From an uncultured Desulfovibrio sp. (lineage in GTDB: Bacteria > Desulfobacterota > Desulfovibrionia > Desulfovibrionales > Desulfovibrionaceae), in assembly GCF_944324525.1 (NCBI RefSeq), contig NZ_CALUWS010000010.1, forward strand, positions 1,404 through 65,403: DNA of 64,000 bases, written 5' to 3'. The notes beneath the pieces were generated by a model that was given only the letters and a program-made list of their open reading frames with translations, had not been told where the DNA came from and did not search any database. Below, piece after piece: positions 44,406 to 52,665 of the stretch. How positions within the stretch are numbered: the stretch's first letter is position 1; the number at the start of each line of letters is the position of its first letter. The translations under genes were made by a program, and so were the position numbers.

Positions 44406-44421
44406 TGCAAAAATCACGCCA
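44406..44421 (-). promoter_or_regulatory. Candidate sigma54 promoter of flgI-flgJ
   Basis: Minus strand TGGCGTGATTTTTGCA equals TGGC-N8-TTGCA with exact consensus spacing. Lies about 40 nt upstream of the flgI ATG, in an AT-rich gap. Confidence 0.6.
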
Positions 44422-44513
44422 TGTAGAAATAAAGTATATTTATTCCAAACTGTTACAGAAAATCGTCACGTCTCTCCCAATGCGTCGCGCCAGACATTTG
44501 GCGCTTTTTATAC

Positions 44514-44545
44514 AAAAAAAGGGAGGACGCCTACGGCATCCTCCC
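44514..44545 (-). terminator. Rho-independent terminator of flgM
   Basis: Minus strand GGGAGGATGCC-GTA-GGCGTCCTCCC followed by TTTTTTT, 25 nt after the flgM stop. Confidence 0.8.
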
Positions 44546-44569
44546 AGAACGGAATACACCCGCGAGGTG

Positions 44570-44881
44570 TTACAGCGTGAAGAGCGCAGGCTCCTCGCGC
44601 AGCAGATTGGCGGCGATCAGACGGCTGTCGGCCGTGTAGGTCCCGTTGGCCACCTGCATGCGCAAGGCTTCCACCTTGTCCGCGCGCACATCCGGAGCGT
44701 TCTGCGCCACACGGTGCGCCTCGCTGAGCAACATGGCGTCCTTAGAGACGCTTATGGAATCCCCTTGTACGCCGGCATGCGGCGTGCCGGCATGCTGACG
44801 CTCGCCGGCGTTCTCCAGACGGCCCTGCGCGTACACATCCCGCACGGACCCAAGCAAACCGGACGAATATTGAATTTCCAT
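44570..44881 (-). CDS. flgM: Anti-sigma-28 factor FlgM
   Basis: 103 aa. C-terminal RADKVEALRMQVANGTYTADSRLIAANLL is the FlgM signature helix region. Confidence 0.85.
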   Translation of the reverse strand: MEIQYSSGLLGSVRDVYAQGRLENAGERQHAGTPHAGVQGDSISVSKDAMLLSEAHRVAQNAPDVRADKVEALRMQVANGTYTADSRLIAANLLREEPALFTL

Positions 44882-44902
44882 CGTGTCCTCCTGCCTGACG
44901 AA

Positions 44903-45343
44903 TCAGGACCGGACAGGAGCGGGCTTGTCCAGCATGCTCCTGTCGATTTTTTCTCGTGTTATGCGCCACAACAGGCGACGTACGCGGGCCTGCAGCTCGG
45001 CCGAGAGCTTGCGGGCCCCCCTGTCGTCCTGCCGGACGAAACAGAGTCCCTCCCCCGGAGGATAGGTAAAGCGTATGGTGAAGCCCACACGTTCGCTGAG
45101 CGCCCGGCGGATATCCTCCACCACGGGATTGTCGCTGCCGGTGAAGAGCAGGCTTTCATACACCTCCTGCGCGACCTTCTCCACATAGACGCCGCGCCGG
45201 GGGGTCGGGTCGGGATCCTGCGGAGCTTCGCCTGCCGCCAGCCGCATACGCGTCCGCAGACGAGTCAGACGGCGAGCGGCAAGCAGTTGCATCTCGTAGC
45301 CCTGAACTCTCTGACGCAAGCGAACGGCAGCGATATCAGACAT
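44903..45343 (-). CDS. Hypothetical protein co-oriented with and 21 nt upstream of flgM
   Basis: ORF 44903..45355 trimmed to MSDIAAVRLRQ (GGGGAG Shine-Dalgarno). 146 aa, Arg-rich. No family recognised. Confidence 0.6.
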   Translation of the reverse strand: MSDIAAVRLRQRVQGYEMQLLAARRLTRLRTRMRLAAGEAPQDPDPTPRRGVYVEKVAQEVYESLLFTGSDNPVVEDIRRALSERVGFTIRFTYPPGEGLCFVRQDDRGARKLSAELQARVRRLLWRITREKIDRSMLDKPAPVRS

Positions 45344-45370
45344 AAAACTCCCCATTCCCTTCTGGCAGTC

Positions 45371-45397
45371 TTTTCGACCATGCGCATGATTACTTTA
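45371..45397 (-). promoter_or_regulatory. Candidate sigma28 (FliA) promoter of the hypothetical-flgM pair
   Basis: Minus strand TAAAGTAA-N11-GTCGAAAA compared with consensus TAAAGTTT-N11-GCCGATAA (6/8 plus 6/8, exact spacing). Confidence 0.45.
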
Positions 45398-45413
45398 GAG
45401 GTTTCCGAAAAGA

Positions 45414-46820
45414 TTACGCAATATCTTCCCGTGGGCCTCCATCCCGCCGGCTGCCGTTGCGGGCAAGGGTGCACGTCACGGCAAGCAGGTTGAGCACGCC
45501 GAAAAAGATCATGTCCGTGCGCATGGCCCGCAAAAACTGCGGCATGTTGTCCGGCCCCACCGCCGCATGCCCCAGAAAAAAGCTGAGGGTCAGCGTGATG
45601 ATGACCATGTTGCAGAGCATGCCCGCCGTGCGCACCATGCCCACGAGGCCCGAGGCCCGCCCCACGTTCTTTTCTCCCGCGCTTTCCATGATGATGGCCG
45701 TGTTGGAGAGCGCGAAGAAGCTGACCCCCACGCCCAGCAGCACCTGCGAGCCGAAAATGAGCCAGAGCGTGGAATCCAGCTCCAGAAAGGCGGCCAGCAG
45801 CAGGCCGCAGCCGCAGAGCACCGTGCCCAGCGTACAGACATGCCCCGCCTGCCAGCGGCCGCAGAGGCGTGCGGCCAGCGGGCTGGAGAGCGCCTGGACC
45901 AGGGCCTGCATGGCCAGCACAAGACCGGTCTGCTGCACGCTCATGCCGCGCCCCATCTGCAGGTAGAGGCTGAAGAAGAAGAGCATGCCGAAAAAGGAAC
46001 AATAGTTGATGAACGCCGCGATGAGCGAAAGGCTCGTGACCCGGTTGTGGGCCAGCATGCGCACGTCCAGCAGCGGGAAGGCGGTACGCAGCTCCCGCAG
46101 ACAGAGGACGACCGCCAGCACCGCCCACAGCGCCAGCATGGCCCCGCCAAGGCCGGGATAGTCGGCCAGCTCGGAAGCGCCGATGGTCAGCGCGGCCATG
46201 CAACAGGCATAGATGAGACAGCCGGAGGTGTCAAAATGTTCGCCCCGGGCGGGACGCCACTCCATCCGCACATGAAAGACCGTGAGCAGCATGGCGGCCA
46301 GGGCGGCCAGCCCGGTCAGCCAGAACAGCCACTGCCAGCCCAGCCAGCCGGCCACGCAACCGGCCAGGGGCGGCCCGCAGGCGATGCCCGCATAGACCGC
46401 CGCGCTGCTGATGCCGAGGTAGCTTGCCCGCAGCTCGGACGGCGCGGCCGAGACGAGCAGGGCCAGACTGCAGGAACTGAGCAGCGCGCAGCCGGTCCCC
46501 TGCACGAGGCGCAGCACGATGAACAACGTCATGTTGCTGACGAAGCCGAGCACGATGCTCGTACAGCCGAAGATCCCCATGCCCGCGAGGAAGACCCGGC
46601 GGCGGCCGAAGATATCCCCGAGCGTCCCCCCGGCCAGCTGGAAGATGACCAGCCCGAGGGAGTAGACCGCCCCCACCAGGCTGAGTTCGCGCGCGCTCGC
46701 GCCGAGGCTTTCGCCCAGCGGCGGCAGCACGGCATTGACCCCGGCCATCATGAAGGGCATGAAAAACTGGGCGGCGCACATGGCCACCAGAAGTGAGCGG
46801 TGTTCCCTGAGGACCGGCAC
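45414..46820 (-). CDS. MFS transporter (14-TMS DHA2/EmrB-like)
   Basis: 468 aa. GGTLGDIFGRRRVFLAGMGIF (MFS motif A) and many hydrophobic helices. GTG start in the ORF track; the true start is uncertain. Confidence 0.85.
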   Translation of the reverse strand: MPVLREHRSLLVAMCAAQFFMPFMMAGVNAVLPPLGESLGASARELSLVGAVYSLGLVIFQLAGGTLGDIFGRRRVFLAGMGIFGCTSIVLGFVSNMTLFIVLRLVQGTGCALLSSCSLALLVSAAPSELRASYLGISSAAVYAGIACGPPLAGCVAGWLGWQWLFWLTGLAALAAMLLTVFHVRMEWRPARGEHFDTSGCLIYACCMAALTIGASELADYPGLGGAMLALWAVLAVVLCLRELRTAFPLLDVRMLAHNRVTSLSLIAAFINYCSFFGMLFFFSLYLQMGRGMSVQQTGLVLAMQALVQALSSPLAARLCGRWQAGHVCTLGTVLCGCGLLLAAFLELDSTLWLIFGSQVLLGVGVSFFALSNTAIIMESAGEKNVGRASGLVGMVRTAGMLCNMVIITLTLSFFLGHAAVGPDNMPQFLRAMRTDMIFFGVLNLLAVTCTLARNGSRRDGGPREDIA

Positions 46821-46856
46821 GTTCCCCCTCCCGCGCGCATGGCGCGCGTCAGCGCA

Positions 46857-47423
46857 TCATCGGTCTGCGCATGGTTCCGGCGCGATGCGCCCCTGCTCCA
46901 GCAGTCTGTCCCGTATCCATCCCGCGCACTGCTGCGGCGTCCGCCCCTCGGCGGGACAGCACAGGTCCGCATAGCGGCGGTACAACGCTTCCCGCTCCTC
47001 GAAAAGCCCCCGCAGGGTCTGCCCCGGGGCAATGGCCAGGCCGCGCTCGGGATTGCGGGCGATGCGCTCCTCTATGATGGCGAAGGGGACATCCAGATGC
47101 ACTACGGGCCCCTGCGCGGCCAGATGGCGCATGGCCGTCTCCCGGTAGATCACGCTGCCTCCCGTGGCGAGCACGGTCCGCGGCGCGCGCACGCTGCCGA
47201 CCACGCAGGCTTCAAGATCGAGGAAGGCCTCCTTGGAGAGCTCGTCCGTGACGCCCTGCAGGCGGCTGGCGTAGAGCGACTCCATAAGATAGTCGCTGTC
47301 CATGAACGCCCAGCCGAGCAGCTGCGCCAGCGACTGGCCGACCGTGGACTTGCCCGCTCCGGCCATGCCGATGATGCTGATACAGGGCTGCGGAGCGCTG
47401 CCTCCGCGGGATGCGCAGTGCAT
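46857..47423 (-). CDS. aroK: Shikimate kinase
   Basis: ORF trimmed to ATG 47423 (AAGGAGAA Shine-Dalgarno). Walker A IIGMAGAGKSTVG, then FMDSDYL and LATGGSVIY motifs. Confidence 0.85.
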   Translation of the reverse strand: MHCASRGGSAPQPCISIIGMAGAGKSTVGQSLAQLLGWAFMDSDYLMESLYASRLQGVTDELSKEAFLDLEACVVGSVRAPRTVLATGGSVIYRETAMRHLAAQGPVVHLDVPFAIIEERIARNPERGLAIAPGQTLRGLFEEREALYRRYADLCCPAEGRTPQQCAGWIRDRLLEQGRIAPEPCADR

Positions 47424-47630
47424 AGGTTCTCCTTGGAGCAAGAATCCGTGCCGCCCAGGGCGGCATGCTTGCCAGATTGACCCAAGGCAAACGCCTCTGT
47501 CAAGGCGGCCGCCCAGCCCCGGCGCTTTTCCGTATTTTGTCCATCTGCTGAAAATTCTTGCTTCTCCGCCGTTCCCGCACTAATGTTTTCCGCATGCCTT
47601 CCGATTGATAGGCAAGAGGAGTGACATTCC

Positions 47631-48476
47631 ATGCGCCATATATTTCTTCCGCTCGGCCTTGCCTGCCTGCTCGGCATCACGGCTGCCCCGCTGACGGCCG
47701 ATGCCGCCAGCCTTTCACGGAATTCCGGCTCTATCGACATCAACCAGCGCGTGCAGGACTGGAAGGACTACGGAGGAGCCCGTCTGTACTGGCTCTCCGT
47801 GGCGCAGCCGCGCCAGATCCGCATGGGGGGCCTGCCCTATGTGGACCCGGCCTCCCACCCCCTGCTCACCACTGAAGAAAAAGCCCCGGTGCGCCGCAGC
47901 AGCACGCGCAAACGCTCGACCCGCCGTCAGACGACGAGCGCCGTCCGCACTCAGAAGGCGCCCAAGGACGCCGGCTCCACCTCGCTGCGCAAACCGGCGG
48001 CCAGCCGTTCCGGCGGAACGGTCAGCTCGGGTACCGTGCCCATCGAGCAGACCGCCCGGCGCAGGACGGGGGGCGTCGCCGTCACGACGGAAGTCCCGCG
48101 TCCCGTGACCCCCGTCTCCGGCGGCCCCTGGGCCCCGGTGCCGGGCACGCCGCCGGTCTCGGGCCTTGGCATGTATGACGCCCAGCCTGTCCCGGCCATC
48201 ATCCCCGCAGGCTCCCTGCCGCCCGGCGCGGCCACCAGTCCGGCCATGACGCCCCCCGTGCCGGCGGCCCCGGCCGTTGCGCCGGCTCCGGCCGCTGCTC
48301 CGCTGCCCGCCGGCGGCCCGGCCGACGTCTACAGCCCGCAGACGGTGCCCGGCACGCCGCTGCCGCCGCTGCCCGGTTCGGCGGCCGCCCAGCCCATGCC
48401 CAACTTCCCGGGCATGCAGGGAACCGCGGCCATGGCCGGCACGCAGAACGGCATGACCGCCCGCAGCGGCGGTTAG
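47631..48476 (+). CDS. Secreted Pro/Ala/Thr-rich hypothetical protein
   Basis: GAGGAG Shine-Dalgarno and signal peptide MRHIFLPLGLACLLGITAAPLTADA. A short structured N-domain is followed by a basic stretch and then long P/A-rich low complexity. Confidence 0.6.
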   Translation: MRHIFLPLGLACLLGITAAPLTADAASLSRNSGSIDINQRVQDWKDYGGARLYWLSVAQPRQIRMGGLPYVDPASHPLLTTEEKAPVRRSSTRKRSTRRQTTSAVRTQKAPKDAGSTSLRKPAASRSGGTVSSGTVPIEQTARRRTGGVAVTTEVPRPVTPVSGGPWAPVPGTPPVSGLGMYDAQPVPAIIPAGSLPPGAATSPAMTPPVPAAPAVAPAPAAAPLPAGGPADVYSPQTVPGTPLPPLPGSAAAQPMPNFPGMQGTAAMAGTQNGMTARSGG

Positions 48477-48524
48477 CCCTCTCTGGGAAACGTGGAGGGC
48501 GTCATGTCGGGCCTGCTGAAGGAC

Positions 48525-48553
48525 TTGACGAACAACGCCTTGCCATGTATGAA
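48525..48553 (+). promoter_or_regulatory. Candidate sigma70 promoter of rpmH-rnpA-yidD-yidC
   Basis: TTGACG-N17-TATGAA about 140 nt upstream of rpmH. Confidence 0.4.
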
Positions 48554-48693
48554 CCAATTTTCGAACGTCTTGCCTGCGGCCCGTTCCGGCAGGCACAATC
48601 TGCCGTGCGGACACTTTCCTGCCTGAATGCGCCCATCTCGCGCCGGGCTTTCCGGCCCATGTCCGCAGCCGCATTACGAAAGGAGATCTGACC

Positions 48694-48828
48694 ATGAAAA
48701 GAACGTACCAGCCCAGCAAAATCCGTCGTGCCCGTACGCATGGTTTCCGCGCCCGCATGGCTACCGCCAGTGGCCGCGCCGTCCTGCGCCGCCGTCGCGC
48801 CAAAGGCCGCAAGCAGCTGAGCGCCTAG
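48694..48828 (+). CDS. rpmH: 50S ribosomal protein L34
   Basis: Read directly from the sequence (too short for the ORF track): [44 protein letters not shown], preceded by an AAGGAG Shine-Dalgarno. Confidence 0.95.
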   Translation: MKRTYQPSKIRRARTHGFRARMATASGRAVLRRRRAKGRKQLSA

Positions 48829-48866
48829 GCCCGCGGCGAGGCGGGCCCTTGCCGTGTACACGCGCC

Positions 48867-49262
48867 ATGATGGCACAACAGCAACTGCCGAAAGAGGGGC
48901 GGATCCGCAAGCATGCGGATTACGCCCTCTGTTATGAGCAGGGGCGGCGTCATCACACAGGGAATTTTATTCTCTTCGTATTCCCACGTCCCGGCAGCGG
49001 TAAGACGCGTGTCGGGATGGCTGTTTCACGCAAGGTCGGCAATGCCGTAACACGCAATCGGCTCAAGCGCCTGCTGCGGGAGTTTTATCGCCTGCATCAG
49101 GCTCTTTTGCCATATGATAGTGACATCGTGACCGTCGCCAAGAAGCACGCCGGGCAGTCCCAGCTCGATCTTGCCCAGGTGAGCGCCGAGCTGGAGCCCC
49201 TGCTCCGGCGGCAGCAGCGGCGGCAGCGGGAACAGCAGGAGGCCCCCACATGCCGTCCTTGA
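48867..49262 (+). CDS. rnpA: Ribonuclease P protein component
   Basis: ORF trimmed to [15 protein letters not shown]. The RNR motif context is [23 protein letters not shown]. Position immediately after rpmH. Confidence 0.9.
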   Translation: MMAQQQLPKEGRIRKHADYALCYEQGRRHHTGNFILFVFPRPGSGKTRVGMAVSRKVGNAVTRNRLKRLLREFYRLHQALLPYDSDIVTVAKKHAGQSQLDLAQVSAELEPLLRRQQRRQREQQEAPTCRP

Positions 49263-49543
49263 AAAAGGTTCTGCGGTATGCGGCCATCCTGCCTATCCGT
49301 CTCTATCAGCTGTGTCTTTCGCCATTGCTGCCCCCCTCCTGTCGATTCGTCCCCACCTGTTCCGCCTACGCCATTGAGGCGATCACCCGTCACGGCCTGT
49401 TGCGCGGCGGGTGGCTGACGTTGCGCCGTCTGGCGCGCTGTCATCCCTGGGGCGGTTCAGGGTATGACCCCGTTCCCCCCGCGCACCCACAGCTTTCGGA
49501 ACCTGTCGCTCCCAGGAGAACCACCCCCGATGCAAGAAACTAG
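49250..49543 (+). CDS. yidD: Membrane protein insertion efficiency factor YidD
   Basis: [30 protein letters not shown]...[13 protein letters not shown]. Overlaps rnpA by 13 nt and yidC by 14 nt. Confidence 0.92.
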   Translation: MPSLKKVLRYAAILPIRLYQLCLSPLLPPSCRFVPTCSAYAIEAITRHGLLRGGWLTLRRLARCHPWGGSGYDPVPPAHPQLSEPVAPRRTTPDARN

Positions 49544-51182
49544 CAGCAGCAAAAACCTCGCTCTGGCCATCGTCCTTTGCCTTGCCGTGCTCTTCGGCTG
49601 GAGCTTCTTCGCAGAATATATGGGCTGGGTGGCCAAGCCCGACCCTGAAGTGGTGGCCCAGCAGCAGGCCGAGGCCGAAAAGGCCAAGCAGGAAAAGGCC
49701 GAAGCCGAAAAAGCCCGCACCTCTGTGCCGCTTACGGTCTTTGCACCGGTTCCCGGACGGGACATCGTCATTTCCACGCCGCTGTACGAGGCGGTCATCC
49801 ACAGCGGCGGCGGCGTGGTCCGCTCCTTCCGCCTGAAGCACTACGACGCCACCATCCGGCCGGATTCCCCGCTGGTCAACCTGGTGGATCCCGTCACGGC
49901 GGAATCCGCCCCGCTGGGTCTCGTCATCGACGGCGCCGCCTCCTGGAGCCTCGGCCAGTGGGCCGTGGAAGCCGCGCCGGAAGGACCGCTCGCCGCCGGG
50001 CAGAGCGGCGTGCTGCGCCTCGTGGGGGAAGTGAACGGCCTGCGCGTGGTGCGCGAGCTGCAGTTTTCCGCCGACAGCTATCTCATCAAGGAAAAGACCA
50101 GCCTTGCGCCGCTGGGCGAACAGACCCGCAGCGCGCGCCTGGCCTACACCGTGGCCTCCGATGCCAGCAATGCCGGCGGCGGACAGTATGACGCCATGCG
50201 CATCGCCTGGTATCTGGACGATTCCCTCGGACAGGAAGCCGACGCCGAGGATCTGACCAAGGGCGTCACGGCCACCGGCAACGTCAGCTGGGCCGGTCCC
50301 ATGAGCACCTATTTCCTGTCGGCCATCCTGCCCGGCAAGACGGACGGCGTCACCGTCAAGGGCCTCCTGCGTGGCAGCGTCTACCGCGTGGCGGTGGAAG
50401 AGCAGGACATCCAGCTCACGCCCGGCAAGACCACCGACCTGGAGGTCGCCTACTGGCTCGGCCCCAAGAAGCGCAAGCTGCTTATGGAAGTCTCCGAGCC
50501 GCTGGCCGGCAGCGTCGAGCTCGGCATGTTCAGCATCATCGCCAAGGGTCTGCTCTGGCTGCTGGAATTCTTCCATCAGTACGTCAACAACTGGGGCCTG
50601 GCCATCATCCTGCTGACCGTGCTCATCAAGGCCGTCTTCTGGCCGCTCACGGCCAAGAGCTATGCCTCCATGGAGAAGATGAAGAAGCTCCAGCCCATGA
50701 TGATGAACATCAGGGAAAAGTACAAGGACAACAAGGAGATGATGAACAAGGAGGTCATGGCCCTCTACAAGACCTATGGCGTCAATCCCGCCAGCGGCTG
50801 TATCCCCATCCTTGTGCAGCTCCCCGTGTTCTTCGGCCTGTATCAGGCGCTGCTGACCGCCATCGAACTGCGTCACGCCACCTTCATCGAGCTCCTGCCG
50901 TTCACCGACAAACTCTGGCTGGCCGACCTGTCGTCCAAGGACCCCTTCTACATCACGCCCATCATCATGGGCCTGACCATGTTCCTGCAGCAGCGCATGA
51001 GCCCCCCGCCCACGGATCCCACACAGCAGAAGGTCATGATGTTCCTGCCGCTGATCTTCACGGTGCTGTTCCTGGGCTTCCCCTCTGGTCTGGTGCTGTA
51101 CTGGCTGGTCAACAACATCCTGTCCATCGCCCAGCAAGGCCTTATGCACCGCAAGAACAGACGGCTTGACGCCGACAGCTAG
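49530..51182 (+). CDS. yidC: Membrane protein insertase YidC
   Basis: ORF trimmed to [18 protein letters not shown] (AGGAGA Shine-Dalgarno). [50 protein letters not shown] and [17 protein letters not shown] motifs. Confidence 0.95.
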   Translation: MQETSSSKNLALAIVLCLAVLFGWSFFAEYMGWVAKPDPEVVAQQQAEAEKAKQEKAEAEKARTSVPLTVFAPVPGRDIVISTPLYEAVIHSGGGVVRSFRLKHYDATIRPDSPLVNLVDPVTAESAPLGLVIDGAASWSLGQWAVEAAPEGPLAAGQSGVLRLVGEVNGLRVVRELQFSADSYLIKEKTSLAPLGEQTRSARLAYTVASDASNAGGGQYDAMRIAWYLDDSLGQEADAEDLTKGVTATGNVSWAGPMSTYFLSAILPGKTDGVTVKGLLRGSVYRVAVEEQDIQLTPGKTTDLEVAYWLGPKKRKLLMEVSEPLAGSVELGMFSIIAKGLLWLLEFFHQYVNNWGLAIILLTVLIKAVFWPLTAKSYASMEKMKKLQPMMMNIREKYKDNKEMMNKEVMALYKTYGVNPASGCIPILVQLPVFFGLYQALLTAIELRHATFIELLPFTDKLWLADLSSKDPFYITPIIMGLTMFLQQRMSPPPTDPTQQKVMMFLPLIFTVLFLGFPSGLVLYWLVNNILSIAQQGLMHRKNRRLDADS

Positions 51183-51246
51183 ACTGTCGCCACACATGCG
51201 TTCCTACCGGGCGGGCGGCTTGGCCGCCCGCCCTATTGGGGTACTT

Positions 51247-52665
51247 ATGGAAGGTTTCAAGGAATTTCTGGGCAAGACGCTGGATGCGGCCATCGAAGAG
51301 GCCTGCACCTACTATAATGCCAGTCGGGAAAAACTCGAGATAGAGATCGTCCAGGACGCCAAGACGGGCATCTTCGGCATCGTCGGCGCCCGCAAGGCCA
51401 AGATCCGCGCCCGTCGCGCCGCACTGCGCGAAGTGGTGGAAAGCGCCCTCGGACGGGACCGCCGGCCCTCGGTCGCCGAGGCGGAAGCCGCCGCCGAAAA
51501 GAGAGAAGACGTCACGCAGACGCCCACGGCGGAAAGCGCCCCCGCCGCGCCGGAAGCCCGGCCGGAGAAGCCCGCCCGCCGCTCGCGGGGCCGGACGGAG
51601 GAACGGAAGGACGGCGACGCGAAAGAAGGCCGCCGTACGGAAGAGCGCGGCCAGAAGGCGTCGCGCAAGGCCATCGCCGCGCGGGAAGAGTCGCAGCTGC
51701 CGGCCCGCAAGGGCCAAACCATGCCGGCTCCCGTCGAGGACCGGCCGCAGGCGGAAGCCGCGGCGGACGCGGAACCAGCCGAGGAAAGCGGCCGCACGCG
51801 CAACGGCAGTCAGGAGGCCGCCCCCCGGCAGGAGCGTTCGCGCAACGGCGAACGCGCGTCCTCTCGCGAGGCGCAGCGTGAAAGCCGCCGCGCCGCCGAT
51901 GACGACATGGACGAAGCGGATGATTCCCTGCCGCGCCGTGCGCTGGAAGAGCTGGATCAGCCCCGCCTGAAGGAACTCTCCCGCGACTGCGTGAGCCGCC
52001 TCATCCGTCCCATGCTGAGTCAGCCCGTGGACGAGCCGGAAGTGGAGATCGTGGACGGGCGCGTACGCGTGGCCGTGGACTGCGGGGAAGACTCCGGCCT
52101 GCTCATCGGCCGCGAGGGACAGACCCTGGCCGCGCTGCAGTATCTGGCCTCCCGCATCGTTTCGCGCGGCATGGACGCCGCTGTGCGCGTCCAGCTGGAC
52201 GCGGGCCGCTACCGTCAGCGGCAGGAAGAAAAGCTGCGCGACATGGCGCTGGCGCTGGCAGCCAAGGTGCGCCAGACGGGCCGCTCCTACTCCACGCGGC
52301 CGCTCAGTTCCTACCATCGCCGCATCATCCACCTCTGCCTGCAGGACATGGAGGACATCTTTACCCGCAGCACCGGGGACGGCCCGCTGAAACGGGTCGT
52401 CATCCTGCGCCGCCGCCCGGAAAAGGGCGAACGCCAGCCTCAGGAAGAACGCACCGGCCGCCGGCGTCCCAGAGCGAACAGCGACATTGAAAGCCGCTGC
52501 CCTTCCCCTGAGGCTGTCGGGCCGGAAACGGCCGCCGTCGCCGGATGCGTAGAAGCTGCGGCTGAGAACGCCGTGCGGGAGGACGTCCGGGATGTCGCCG
52601 TACTGGGCACGGAAAGCCCTGCCGCGGCGAGCGTGGACGAGGCCCGCGCCCGGGACGAGGCATGA
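51247..52665 (+). CDS. jag: Jag/KhpB-type RNA-binding protein (Jag_N, KH, R3H) with a large charged insertion
   Basis: N-terminal FLGKTLDAAIEEACTYYNASREKLEIEIVQD. KH/R3H region GLLIGREGQTLAALQYL...YRQRQEEKLRDMA...SYHRRIIHLCL. About 190 aa of Arg/Glu/Ala-rich sequence sits between them. Confidence 0.85.
   Translation: MEGFKEFLGKTLDAAIEEACTYYNASREKLEIEIVQDAKTGIFGIVGARKAKIRARRAALREVVESALGRDRRPSVAEAEAAAEKREDVTQTPTAESAPAAPEARPEKPARRSRGRTEERKDGDAKEGRRTEERGQKASRKAIAAREESQLPARKGQTMPAPVEDRPQAEAAADAEPAEESGRTRNGSQEAAPRQERSRNGERASSREAQRESRRAADDDMDEADDSLPRRALEELDQPRLKELSRDCVSRLIRPMLSQPVDEPEVEIVDGRVRVAVDCGEDSGLLIGREGQTLAALQYLASRIVSRGMDAAVRVQLDAGRYRQRQEEKLRDMALALAAKVRQTGRSYSTRPLSSYHRRIIHLCLQDMEDIFTRSTGDGPLKRVVILRRRPEKGERQPQEERTGRRRPRANSDIESRCPSPEAVGPETAAVAGCVEAAAENAVREDVRDVAVLGTESPAAASVDEARARDEA

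Noticed and set aside
41711-45493. 511-aa and 737-aa plus-strand ORFs over flgJ, flgI, flgM and the hypothetical gene
   Set aside because: They are antisense to flagellar genes with strong signatures, and their sequences are low-complexity and Arg/Gly/Leu-rich.
47438-47452. GGCACGGATTCTTGC sigma54-like element upstream of aroK
   Set aside because: The spacing between GG and GC is 11 nt rather than 10, and it lies only about 15 nt from the ATG, overlapping the Shine-Dalgarno.
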